DNA from: Paraspadella gotoi
Taxonomy: Eukaryota; Animalia; Chaetognatha
Direction of reading: 5' to 3'
Length of the DNA: 64,000 nucleotides
Assembly (NCBI GenBank): GCA_051294375.1
Contig: CM119267.1
Span: forward strand, 751,601-815,600
The position numbers and the translations under genes are program-made. The notes below the pieces were generated by a model that saw nothing but the letters and a program-made list of their open reading frames with translations, made no database searches and was not told the DNA's origin. Positions 21,922-34,855 of the stretch are shown one piece after another; the stretch's first letter is position 1, and every line of letters begins with the position of its first letter.

Positions 21922-22629
21922 TCAAGAAATCCCTCCTCCTCCACCTCTAGACTTGAGGGCGGGATTTTTGATCTTATAATCCGTCCCTTCGATCTCCACA
22001 TGATCGTACATCCACCTCCGTCGACTTCGACATTCGTTCCCGCATCTCGAGGATCCGCATTTAGGGCAAGGGAGATGACATCCGGGGCAAGAAGCATCGA
22101 GACAATCGCAAAGATTCAGGCCTCCGTAGTTCACCAATTTCCCGTCGACGTCGTGAGCCGTAACCGTCTTTGCATTGGCCAACTCCTTCATGTTGTAATT
22201 GATCCTAGAGGCGCTTTGACGCCGGGTGGCGGCGCCGCGAGATCCGACGCCGTCGAAAGAATCGTTCGAATCATCGTCGTTGTTTTCAGAATCCAACTAT
22301 GTAAGAGGAATCTTAACTAAATCTGAAAACCCCAATCACAATTTACCAGCTACTATCAACATTTCAAAATTAGTAATCAACGAGCAGCAATCAAAAATCC
22401 ACATTCCACAATCGGCTATCACCAATCTTCATCGACAATCGACTATGCAAATTTGACAATCTGCAACCCACTATCTGCTATCATCATTCATCAATCTACA
22501 TCCAACCTGTTTTGCGCGACGAGGCCGCAAACCTTTTTGACTGTAGGCGTCATTAAAGTCGTTGTTGTCTTGAGACGAAAACGCGGGACTGGAGTCGCTC
22601 GGTCCTTTAAAGTTACCAAGTTGATATAA

Positions 22630-22678
<49 letters not shown>

Positions 22679-22943
22679 CTTTAAACTCTTTTTTCCCAAT
22701 CTCTCTCCGTGCCGCCGCGGTTTTCGCCTTCTTAATTTGCAGCAAGAGATAAGAGAGTCTTCCCCTGAGCGAACGCATGGAAGAGTCGTTCCTCTTGAAG
22801 GCGGGATGCACGTCGACGATCCTCTCGATGCAGCCCACGAGTCCGAGTTGGTTGTGCCACTCGACGATCGTCTCGTTGAGTAGCGTCTTGTTTCGCGGAC
22901 TCGAACGCCCGCCGACGGCGGCGACGCCAGCGTCGCGACTCAT
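21922..22943 (-). CDS. ARL14EP: ARL14 effector protein family (ARF7EP_C cysteine-rich domain)
   Basis: LCDCLDASCPGCHLPCPKCGSSRCGNECRSRRRWMYDHVEIEG; upstream exons ~22943-22680 and ~22618-22532 are inferred. Confidence 0.85.
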
Positions 22944-23197
22944 TGGCGGCGGCGGCGGCAGATGGGAGCTAAAGTCTGGCTTTCGACGTTAAAAAAAGAT
23001 TCTAGAAAATATAATAACAAATAGATAATGAACAAAACGATGGCACAATGATAAAAACTGAGAAAGGAAGGAAATGAGGAAAGAAGGAGAATGAAGATAG
23101 AAAGGTCGACAATGAAAATGGATGAGACTAAATCATGAAATGTTGAGACGAAGAAATGAGAAAGATAATAAGAGAATAAAAGAATAAGAGAAGGAGA

Positions 23198-23913
23198 CTA
23201 AGATCCTCCTCCCCTTGAAGCGACGTCGCAACAACAACTGTCTTGCAGTCGGAAAACATCGGAGACGATTTTCCAAACTTTGTCCTGTTCCGTCATAACG
23301 AAGGTTTGGTGAAAGGATTTCATCTGTTGACCCGGATATTTGACGGTTCCCAGCGCCGTCACCATTATCGTCGTCTTTCCATCCGTGACTGCGTCGTCTA
23401 TGGGCTGAATAAAAAAATTGAGAGATATTAATAATAATAAGATATTAATATATTATAATAATAAGATATAATAATAATGACTATCTAACAAAAATGATGT
23501 TTTATACGCTAAAGGTAGCTAATATTTCATATTTAATTGTTAGAATATTAAAATTTATCGTATAAACTAAGTAACATGCCCATTGATCAAGTATCTCATG
23601 GTTGATCACTTATTTGTAGTCATCTTTTCATAAAACATAAAAATGAGTTTCTCCTCTGAGCAGGGAAATCGAGACTGCGCTCAACCCCTACCTGCGAATC
23701 GAGACTGGTGATCTCATGCTCCGAGGTCGGGAGCTGCTCCAAAAAGGCCAAGATGTCATCGAAAGACGCGACCGGGTTTCCATTCCAAACGAGGCTGGCG
23801 TTGTCCAAATAGAAGCCTCGCAATTTAGTTCGATTCTTGTCCGAGGTTTCATAATAGAGTCTGGCGAATTGTTTGGCCGCGTCAACGGCTTGAGTCACTT
23901 TCATCGATTTCAT
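23198..23913 (-). CDS. NXT1: NTF2-related export protein (p15), two exons
   Basis: AKQFARLYYETSDKNRTKLRGFYLDNASLVWNGNPV..LPTSEHEITSLDSQ spliced to PID..SFHQTFVMTEQDKVWKIVSDVFRLQD. Confidence 0.93.
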
Positions 23914-24104
23914 TTTTATTTAAATAAATATTTTTTCCTTCAATTTCTGAAAAGTGGAAGCTGACGACGATGAAAAAACCTCCAAGGACTAAACAGAAAC
24001 TGGTTTCGAGGAAACTATGGAGAGGAAAATTCGCGACGACGAAAACGAGAAAATTAAAAGTAAAGAAAACAAAAGCGAAACAACAACAACAACAACTCCT
24101 TTCT

Positions 24105-27100
24105 TTACTTCTTCTTTTTTCCGCCGGCGCCGACCTTGGCTTTCGCCGTCCCGCGGACTTTCTTTTTCCTGTCGAAAAAGAGACGAGGATTAGAAGTTGC
24201 TTTCCTTTGGGGCGAAAGCCCGGGTTTGGGGTTTGGGGTTTGGGGTTTGGGGTTTGGGGTTTGGGGTTTGGGGTTTGGGGCGAAAGCCCGGGTTTACAAT
24301 TTTTTCTCCTGCGTACTCAGCGGCGTACCCAATTCGTACCCATGAAATTTATTTATTTTTGCTGATTTTGAAATAATTGTAAACCTGGACTTCCTTTATT
24401 AAACATTAACTATAAAGTCAAATATTATAATGTGCACAGACCTGTTCTTCAACTCCTTGATCTGCTTCCTTCCCGTCTTTTTTTTCTCCACAACTCCGTG
24501 TCTCGCCAACCGATACTTGGGTTCGTATTTCTTAGCGCTGAAAACGAGAGAGAGAGAGAGAGAGAGAGAGAGNNNNNNNNNNGAATGAGACATTCAACAC
24601 TCAAGATATCTTAATGACAATTTCAAATCTCCATTTCCCGCCATCACGATTCCAAGCTGTTCTTTTCTTTAACTCGAACCACATCAACATCACCTCACCC
24701 CATCAATTCAATGACCCATCACCTGTCCATGTTGTCGTAAATTAGGGCGAATCCGACGGTTTTGTTTCCACCGAACAAAGTGTGAAACCCGAAAGCGAAG
24801 ATGACATCGGGCGTCGTCTTGTACATCTTCGCCAATTGATCTCTGAGGAAAAGGAAACATTACACAATTATTAAATATTAAATATAAACTGTAATAAATC
24901 TTATAACGGAAAATTATAATACGTATTTAATTTTCAACGTGACAAAAATTTTGAATGATTACATGCTCAAACAAAAATTTCTACATTTTGAAGTATACTT
25001 TCAATGGACAAGACATTTCTTCTGTGGCTCTATACCCAAATAATTAATTTTTTAATATTTATTTATAAATAGGAAAGGCCAAAAAATTTTTTGATAACTT
25101 TTTAATTTTAAGACCAGATTCAGATAGCTCATAAAAAGTTGTCTACACAAAGTATAATTCTTTCATAAATATTTTCATGATAAGCAAGTCAAAAATAAGA
25201 AAAACCGTAAAAAATCATCATCATCATTATCTTTCGATGATTTTCAGTTTTTTTATATTTTCACATAGAAAACAAGAATTTTTAAAAGCTGTAATTATAT
25301 TTCTTGTTTAACTTTTTATGCTCTATCAGAATCCATCAAAAAATCTTAAGATTTAAAAAAAAATTTAAAATGTAAAAAAAGACAAGTAATTTTTAATGTA
25401 TTAATCAAGACTTATAATGTAAATTTTTTTTGAAAACGATTGCTTAAATATTTAGTCAAGACAACTAAAAATACTTTGCTTACAGTCGAAATTTAATATT
25501 ATCTCTGGAGTTGGTCCCTACTTCAAACGAGCCAGTTTAAAAAGATTAGCATACAAAACACCCGTACCCTCCAACAAAGTAAAAAAAAAAGAAATTGTAA
25601 AAAGGGAATCCTTCTCGTCATGCCAGGTTTCGGATGTCCGTGCGAGGAATGCGCCGTAGTTTGTCACTGCGTTGCGACAAAGCGCAGACGAGGTGGAGGC
25701 CCGGACTCTGCCGGTTGCGCCCTCGCCTTTCTTTACGCCAAGATGCATCGACAGAAACGGAAGTCGCTCTCGACGCTCAAGTGGACGTCGGCGATGGTGA
25801 ACGCCTTCGCCGAGAAGGCACGAGGCTGCGTCAACACCCGCCATCAACGCGGTGACTTCGAAGGAGACCTCGTCTCTCTCGCGGCCTCGAATCCCGAGTG
25901 GATTCCCTGCGTCTTCCGCGCCCTCTTTAATCTCGGCGCCCACATCAGCAACGCCCACTTGGACGTTTCCGTCGCGGCGGGGAATCTCCCCGTCTTCCGG
26001 ATGCTGATGACGTCTCTGCGTCTGCTGCCGAATCCCCGAGCGGCGCCAAGCATGTGGGCGGCGCCGATGTGGTCGCGCATTCACGTGATGACGCTGACCG
26101 ATGATTTTCTCAAGCGGTTTGTCGACGTGGAGGAAGAGTTCCTGAGATTTCTTGACGAATTCGTCGTCACTTATGGAATCGACGTCGACGACGCTCACCT
26201 TCCGCCGCTCGATTTCCAAGGCGACGGCGACGGAGGGCAGCGCTACGTCAAGATCCTCGTCACTCTCGGCGTCAGTCAGAAAATGATGTCGGCCGAAAAG
26301 TTACGTCTGAAGGATAGACGACAGGCCGACAAAATCAAAACCAAAACGATAAAGATGTTGGGTACATTACAGGAGTCTCTCTCCGACCCAGCGCCGGTTC
26401 TAGTTTCGGTTCGCGATATTCTTCCTTCTTCCGTCGATGGCAACAACATCTCGATCAAGACGCCGGCGATCGATGTCGTCGTCGACGACCCAATATCCCC
26501 AGACGCATCCGATGATCTCGCCGCCTCAGTTCTAAAAATAACCTCGCCCTCTCCTTTAAAAGAGAAACGAAGAAACAAAAAACTGAAGGGAAATTCGCGG
26601 GCGGAAGCGGCGACGAGGACGCCGCCGCCGCCGCTGCCACCGCCAGAAAAGGCAGAAGCCAATGAGAAGAACAAACCAAAGGCTAAAAAAATTGAAAAAG
26701 AGAAACTAAAAGGAGAGTTTGAGTTTGAGAATGGAGCACACGTCGAAATGGATGAATCTGATCCAACTAACCCAACCTTTAATGAATCTGATCCAACTAA
26801 CCTAACTTTTAATGAATCTGATCCAACTAACCTAACCTTTAATAACGCCGAGGCGGCTACGGGCGCCGAAGAGACAGAGTGGGCCTCTCTCGTCAAGTGG
26901 GGGGAAAGCGAGGTGGGCAAAAGCGAGACCAAAATCAAGAACGAAGAGGAGAGAGAGAACGACGAAACGAAAAAATGGAAAAGGAAATTCTCAGTTTTGG
27001 AAAATATCTGGAAGAGCGAGAGATGGAAGTTGGAAGAATCGCGAGGGAAAATGGAAAAGTTGATGGGAAAGATGGAGGAACAAGAGAGAAGAATCTGGGA

Positions 27101-30100
27101 AAGAGGAGAAATAATAGAAGAACAAAATAAGGAAATCAAAGATCAATTAGATTTAATCAATAGACAATTGAAAATCAGCAACAGGGACAGAAAAGTCATT
27201 AAGAAATTGAAGAGAGAAAAGGGGAAACTGAAGAAAGTGGCAGAGAGAGAAAGGAAGGAATTGGAAAAGATGAAAGAAAAAAAGGAGGAAGATAAGAAAA
27301 ACATTAAATCGTTGAAAGAGGAGATCGAGATTCAAGAGGAAATAATAAAAGAAAAGAGAAAAACGATTAATGAACAAATGAAAGAGAATAGAGAATTGAG
27401 AATAAAGGTGGCTGAGTTGACGAGAATCAAAGAGAACGACGACGACGACAACGACGACGACTCCTCTCTTCCTCTTCCTCCGACCAGACTTTTCGCCATC
27501 GAGTGGCGGGTCTCGTCTCCCGATTCGTCTTCGTCCCTGGATTCGATGGAGCCTTCGAGTCGAGGCCTCGAGTGGCTCGTCGAGGGTCTCCGCTCTTTGC
27601 ATCGATACGAGGAAAGGGTCGTATACGAGGAAAGGGTCGTATACGAGGTGAGATTTCGATGGACTTGTTCGCGATAACGAATAATGTCGGCTAAGTTGAA
27701 TTATAAGTCACATAAACTATATATACTAATAAAAAACTATTCCAGTGGAAGACAAAGGACGAGCGAGCGATTTTCCCTTTGCCTCCCCGATGCTTTAACC
27801 ACTTCTGCGCCGTCGGCGGCGACGGACGACGCCTATTTAAGTGCGGACTCTGCGTGGCGCATCAAAGGAGGGGGATCGTGCGCACTTACTGCGGACGAAA
27901 GTGTCAAAGGGCGCATTGGCGTCAGGGACACAGGCGGGAACATGTCAGGGTCGTGGAAATCGGCCCAGAATGACTCGGTTTGCGAAATGGGTAGAGATTT
28001 CTTAGTTGAAAATTTTTTTAACGACGTTTTGTATTTATTTATGATTTTTCGTTATTAATGAATAAATTATTTTTGAGTTTTAAAAAAACACCTGCAGTTT
28101 TGCTTGTATTCAAATTATTCTCGATTAGTTTATACTTTATATTTATTAGGGCTGATTATTAATCAGTGATGAGTGATTAAAAAGCCTTTACTTTATTTTG
28201 AAGGTGAAGAATTTTTAGCAAATGAAGCAGCATGAATTATGCGTTATGGCGCCAATAAAGTTAAAAATTAATTAAACTGAAGTACATAACTAGGAAGCCG
28301 CTAGAGAAAAAGAAGCCAGTGACTTTTTTCTTATATTTTTATATCGATAGATGTGGAATGACGGGAATATTGTAAATCTCAAGTTTCGCTTTAATCGGAC
28401 CTCACATTGTGGAGAAATCTTAGGAAACCCATCAAAATTCACCTAGATTCCTCCATCGATTTTTAATTTTGTCAGAACGTTTTACTCATTTTTTACCCTA
28501 TTTTTTTGACACGCTAAACGTTTCTCTGATTACGCGAAGTAGATTGTGTGAATCAAAAAACTAGTAATATCAATAGTTAGTGTTATGTCTCGAATAGACG
28601 GAAAAAAATCCTCGTTTAAAAATTCATTCGGGAAGTGAGGTAACGAAGCCTTACCAGTGGCATTGTCACGTCGAACATCTTGAAAAATTTATTTTTATTT
28701 AATATGTTTGAAAGGAAAATACAAAAATTCAGAATGCGGGTTCCGCCTTGTATGCACATCAAGTAAAAATGTTTTTAAAAGTTTTGGGCACTTCCATGTC
28801 TTGGGGCTTGGGGGCAAAAGGGCGAATTATAAAATTTTACCTTTTAATCAGTAAACAATGACATTCAAGATGAGTAGATTTTAATTTTTTTTCCTTCACT
28901 GAAATTTTTATTTAAGAAGAAATAACAAGAAAGCTAAAAATAAATTATCTTTTTTTCTATTTAAAAAAATATCAATACAATTTAACACAATTATGTCTTG
29001 CTTGGTCAAATATGTCCCCAGCTATGTAATTTTTTAAAATTTTATTATGATAAACAAGCAGTATGTCAAGCTTTTTGTTTGCAGTTGAAGATAATGAAAA
29101 ATGACGATTTTTTCTCCACAGACAAGAAGGTAGACGTCCAGACTGTTTATATTAAGCTGAAAACATTTTTGTATTTATCATTTTTTATATTCAAAAAACA
29201 TTTTATCAAGCTACTACATAAATTTTTGCTTGTTTTTTACTTTTACTGAAAAATGCAAGCAATTTTATGCAGTAGAGAAAATTTAATGGTAATCAAAATG
29301 TAATTTAGTCTTTCCTTTTTCAAATTAAGAAAAGAAAACAACATATTTCAATATAGCTTTTCAATGAAATTTTTAATGCAAAAAACTGTTATACTTTTAA
29401 CTCCCATTTAAATAAAGGCTGTGTAAAGATTTATGGTAAAATTTAATAAAACTATTTAGAAAGGTCCCATGATTAGGGCTTAAATTTAATACCTCGCCAC
29501 GTTCCTATCTCTTTTCTTTCAAAAGTTATTCAAGAAAATAACTTTTTTTACCGTTAGAGACTAAAGATTTGAACTACGCAGTACAAATCTTTGTTAAATA
29601 AAAATTTCGGAAGAGCAGGAGTATCTCAATTTATCCTATTGGTACAATACCTAAATTTCAAAATAAAACCTAAAGAAAAATTTTCTGAGTCAAAAAGACT
29701 TATGACTATCAGGTGTACCCAATTGTCTTACTCATTTATGGATTATGTTGGAAGAAATCAGTGAAACGTTTCCTCTTTTTTTTAAATAGTTTGTACTAGC
29801 GCGTCAGAAATCTAAGAAGAAACTCGAAAATTTTATTCTGACAAATTTTGCCTTTCAAGGCTGACGTTTATGACTATATCTCAGAATCATTGTAGGAATT
29901 TAAAACGGTTTTTTGCAAGTGAATATTGATATCATCCTCCAGGGACCGGCATAAAAATATATAAAAAATATATATGATATTAGCTCTCGGGTGAGGTATC
30001 TATTCCACCCCTTTTTTTCCAATTCTCACCTTTTAAGATTTTCGCCGATTCTGACTTCCTCTTACGACACAATGAAAAATGGCGTAACGTTACTGTTCCG

Positions 30101-33100
30101 TGCATAAAAAAAATTCACTGTTCAATATTATTATACTTCTTTTTATTTTTTGAAACGTTTTAGTTTCATATGCTGATATCCAAATATATCAATGCAAAAT
30201 CTTTTTTTGTTTTTTTGATATGACTGAATATAGGGTGAAGATGATAAATTTTTTAAAAAAGTTACTTATTCATATTTATTCATAGAATTGTAATAGAAAA
30301 AAATAGAAAAAAATAATAGTACTAATAGTTAGTGTTATGTCTCAAATAGATGGAAAAAAAACCTCATTTAAAATTCGATCGGGAAGTGGGGTAACTAAGG
30401 CTTACCAATGGCATCCTCCACGCCGATTGTTCTCTCAAATAATTTTTTTTATTTAATACATTTGAAGGGAAAAAAAGAAAATTTGGAATGCAGGTTGCAG
30501 AAGGGTACAGATAATCTGGACTTATTGACATGATAACCATGACTTTTAATATCTTGTGAAATGGGGGCAATAAAGAAATCTAAAAAATTTCATCATTAAG
30601 TCAGTCAATGAACCTTTCCAATGGCTATTACGAGAAATATTTTTTCTTAATTAAAATGGATGATAAATAATAAAATTAAATTCCTTGCTATATTTAAAAA
30701 AAATTATCAAACAAATTAACACGATGATGTTTTGCTTTGTCAAATATGTTACGCTATATAATTTTTTACAACTTTAATATGATAAACAAGCAGTGTGTCA
30801 AGCTTTTAGTTTGCAGTTAAAGATAATGAAAAATGACGATTTTTTTATCACAGACAAGAAGGTAGATGTCCAGACTGTTTATATCAAGCTGAAAACATTT
30901 TTGTATTTATCATTTTTAATATTTAAAAAATATTTTATCAAGCTACAACATAAATTTTTGCTTGTTTTTTACTTTAACTGAAAAATATAAGCAATTTTAT
31001 GGAATAAAAAAAATTTAATAATAAACAAAATGTAATTCAGTCTTTCCTTTTTCAAATTACAAAAGAAAAAAGAAAAAATTTCATATGTTTTCATTGAAAT
31101 TTTTAAAGCAAAAAACTGTTATACTTTTAACTCTGATTTAAACAAAAGCTGTGTAAAGATTTATGGATTTAATTTAATAAAACTCTTTTAGAAAGGTGTC
31201 CCATGATTAGGGCTTTAATTTGATACCACATCCACCTTGCTACCTCTCTTCTTTCAAAAGTATTAAAAAAATAACGTTTTTTAAATTACGCAGTACAAAT
31301 CTTTGTTAATAAAAATTTCGGCAAAGCGGGAGTATCTCACTTATTTCTGTTGGTAACAATACTTAAATTTCAAAATAAAACTTGAAGAAAATTTTTTGTC
31401 ATTTAGAGTCATATCACTTTCAGATGTACCCATCATATAATAATTTATTTATTTATTTCCCCAAAAAAGCCTAATTAGAAAAGTTGAAATTTTTTCAAAT
31501 TGTTGGGAAAAAAATTTCATCCGATATATGCTCATTGAGAATAATGGTTTTGCATAGAAAATTAAAATATCAAAAAAATAAAAAAATCAGCCTCTAGAAA
31601 AATCGAAAGGCTAGAGGCTGATTTTTTTAGAATTGCAAAATTTTTTTCCTGACTCCTAATCTAATATTCTCAAGTTTCAAAATATTTTTTCCCAAAATCA
31701 TTCAATCAATTTTTTTAAATAATTTAAAATGTTTTTTATGATGTTTTGTTTTTGTTTGAAAGAATTGAAAAAAAGGAAAAATATAGTAATTATATAAGGT
31801 TTTTGAAAATACCTTTAAAATATTAAATAATTAGACACAAGGGGAGTAAGCAGAGAAAACTTTCCATTCATAAAGAAAATTGAAAATGAATTTGTCATAT
31901 TGTTTTTTAGATTAATTGACTAATTACAAACAAATGATTCATATAAATTGAGGAAATGATGGGTAAAAAATATTCATCTTGGTCTCGGTTAACTATTAGG
32001 TTATCGTTAAAGTTTTGTTTTAATAATATATATATTTTTTTTGCATTTATAAAAGCAATGGTCTAAAATTTTGTAAGCGTTTCGAGCTATATTGCTTCAT
32101 CTTTTTTACTATTTTTGATCTAGTTAGCTTTTTTGTTGATGGTCAAGGGTTATGGTCAGATACAGATATGTCCAGTAGTGTATATCGCACATATTACCAA
32201 AAGTAGTGATCAATTAATTTGGCTCAGAAACGATTTTAAAGGGACAAAATCAGCACGAGACCGTTTCGCCACGTTATTTTTCATTGTGTCTTACAAACTT
32301 ATAATTCCGCTAGTTAATTTTTTTTTCTTAAACGAGCGAAGGGAATCCACAACTCTCTGTTATTTTATGATTTCTGGGTAAAAATATAATAAATTACATT
32401 AACATTGGGATATTATGAAAGTGTAAATATTTTATGAAGCCTGTGAGAGTTAAATAATTAAAAAATTCGCTTATTTTATTATTAAAAAATAACATCAAAG
32501 TGAAGAAGTTGAATGGCTTTCGGCTCCTTTCAGTAAGCATCCCTGTTCTCTTCAATAAGATAATGTTTACTTTTTGCTGGTGGAAAAGAAGGATAAATAC
32601 TTAGGCTGTGATGGGGTAAATAGTATTTTGTAGAATTTTGTAAGCATGCTTGTAAAATCAGACAAGCAAATATTTAAGTGACAAAAAATTCACATTTTAT
32701 TTATCTAAACAACTTTAAAGTTTTACTAGAGTACAATTTAGCCTTTTTTCTTTCAGAATCATTACAAAGAATTAAATTTTCATTTATTCTTATGGGGTGT
32801 CATTAGTTTTAAAATTCATTATAATTTTGACTTAGTTTGACACTCACCCTGTAAGGAGGTTTCAGCATAAGTAATTCTAAAATTGTATCTTGTATGTGCC
32901 CTATGATTATGGCTTCATTTTGGTACTATTGCCATCCCTTTATCTTTATTCCTTCAAAAGATATTAGGAAAAATCAGTTTTTTTCTCAACCTTCCTTTTA
33001 ATTTCTTTTTAAATAAAAATTTCGCGATTCAAACCGGACTATTTCATTTAAACCTGATCATTTTATGTCAAAATCATTAGAAAAAGAAAAAAGAAAAATA

Positions 33101-33626
33101 GGACAAGTTCTTCAGACAAAGCTATCAGAATCGCGAAATTCGAAGTCGCTCATGTAACAGGAACATATAGCAATCCCGTTTACAATTTTAAGTTTGTAAA
33201 CTTTCCCTTTCATTTCTATAGTAAAAATGAGGTTTGAAAATTCTCCGGAGATGAGTAGTGCATTTCCCCTGGCTTGTTTGATATTAAATCCTTTATCAAA
33301 TGCCATAAAACGAATAGGACAAGCTCTTCAGATGTAACGCTCTCGGAATCGTGTGTTTTTACAAGTGTTTTTTAACCGAATTTCTGGCAAACGCGTTTGC
33401 AATTTGGGTAGTCAGATTTGAACGGAAAATGTTGAATTTTTTTTTAAGCGAGATTCTCGTCTAACATAACTAAAATTAAAAACAAATAAGATCCTGACCT
33501 GATTTCCGTCTTGGCCACAGTGGCTCTGCCGGGATGAATGACATCAACCACCATTTGTTTTCGGTTGAGAAGTCGGTTAGTCATGAACTTCCTCGTTCGC
33601 ACAGTGATCGCTCCTTTTTCCGCCAT
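24105..33626 (-). CDS. RPS24: 40S ribosomal protein S24 (eS24), four coding exons, first intron ~8.7 kb
   Basis: Exon 33626-33499 [33 protein letters not shown]; 24842-24724 [19 protein letters not shown]; ~24538-24441 [14 protein letters not shown]; ~24169-24105 [19 protein letters not shown]. Confidence 0.96.
24206..24295 (+). repeat. (TTTGGGG)8 tract bracketed by direct repeats of GGGGCGAAAGCCCGGGTTT
   Basis: Read directly; lies in the last RPS24 intron. Confidence 0.9.
25620..27973 (+). CDS. Unknown ~751-aa protein: Cys-rich N-terminus, long Lys/Glu coiled coil, C-terminal MYND-like zinc finger; nested antisense in RPS24 intron 1
   Basis: 685-codon ORF; GAG|GTGAG donor after 27647 and TTCCAG| acceptor before 27746 join it in frame to [34 protein letters not shown]-stop. 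Confidence 0.7.
28572..31430. repeat. Diverged ~1.1-kb direct duplication (~28572-29720 and ~30324-31430) in AT-rich intron DNA
   Basis: Colinear blocks, e.g. AATAGTTAGTGTTATGTCTC and CACAGACAAGAAGGTAGA..TCCAGACTGTTTATAT, in both copies. Confidence 0.85.
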
Positions 33627-33992
33627 TTTCGTTTTAATAAACAAACAACTAAACGAAAAACAACTGTGGAAAAAAAACAATACGGAATTCAACTTTTCCA
33701 GGTAAAAAGGGAAAAAGGGAAACGGTTTCGAATGAATTTCTTATATTGAACTGAAAAGATTGAAAATGAAAAAAAAAAAAAAAAAAACATTTGGCAAAAC
33801 TCGAATTAATGAGAAAAGAAGAGAGAGAGAGAGTTCCGAATTTCCCCCCCCTCCGGCGATCTCGGCACCGTGAGTGCCGGAAGTCGAAACCGAAAAATTG
33901 GAATCAAAAATGAGAAATGAGAAGAAAAATGAGGAGCGATGGGCGTTGACGACGACGACGCGCGGGAGGCGAATCCAGCGTGGAATCGGTCG

Positions 33993-34533
33993 TCAGATGC
34001 GGTCCAGCGCCTCCAGCATGATGATGGAGTTGCCTCGGATCACCACCATACCGATCTAAGGAGGGGAAGGAGGGTTTATTTATCTCATCTTTATGCTTGA
34101 CAAACAAAAAATGTAATTAAAAGGATTAATAAATGTAATTAAAAGGATTAATAAATTAAGGTTATACTGTTTTATTAATGAAAAATAAAAATCCGTACCG
34201 GTTGTTGTTCTCCCGTCTTCTTTTTCTCGATGGTTTCGTCAATAACGAGATTCATAAAAGGATCGTAGCCTCTTAGAATTCCAGACAATTGACGCCCGCC
34301 ATTCACCTGCAACGCCAACCTGGGGACAGAAAGGATCGAATCAAGTCGAGCTCACTTCCCCCCCTTACGATCGAAGCGACCTCTCAGCTCTGACCTTGAC
34401 GCTAAACTAAACGGATTTTCCTCTCTCTTTTTATTTATTAATAAATAAATATTAAATAATCCAAATAAATCAAAGTCAAGTCTTACCTCTTGTCCATGAA
34501 CTTCTTGAGTTCTGGCGGATGAGCCTTCGACAT
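33993..34533 (-). CDS. SNRPG: Small nuclear ribonucleoprotein G (SmG), three exons
   Basis: MSKAHPPELKKFMDK / RLALQVNGGRQLSGILRGYDPFMNLVIDE / IGMVVIRGNSIIMLEALDRI-stop. Confidence 0.97.
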
Positions 34534-34855
34534 TTTTGGGTCTTTTCTTAGTCAAACGAAAAACTAAATTCGCTTATTTATTCGTTGATAAATTAGTTTA
34601 TTTCCTGAGAAAAAATAAAGAAAACTAATAATGTTAAGCATAAACTCGAGATAGAAAACTAAACTAATAACATAAGAACCATGATTTTGGTCTTTATTAT
34701 TGAAAAAAGAAAAGAACATTAGCAAAAAAAATGCAATTTGGTTAATTTGCATGAAACACAAAACGAAGTTTATCAAAAAACAAAAAAGGGACTGAATCAA
34801 GTTTAATCAAAAAAGCGACGATTGTCAAAAAAATCAATATTGTTATCCTGCGATG

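Noticed and set aside
26276-27602. Minus-strand ORFs opposite the nested gene, and many plus-strand ORFs opposite exons
   Set aside because: Antisense shadows of GC-rich or low-complexity coding sequence.
28998-30981. Two similar short ORFs ([16 protein letters not shown])
   Set aside because: By-product of the AT-rich 1.1-kb duplication; no recognisable domain.
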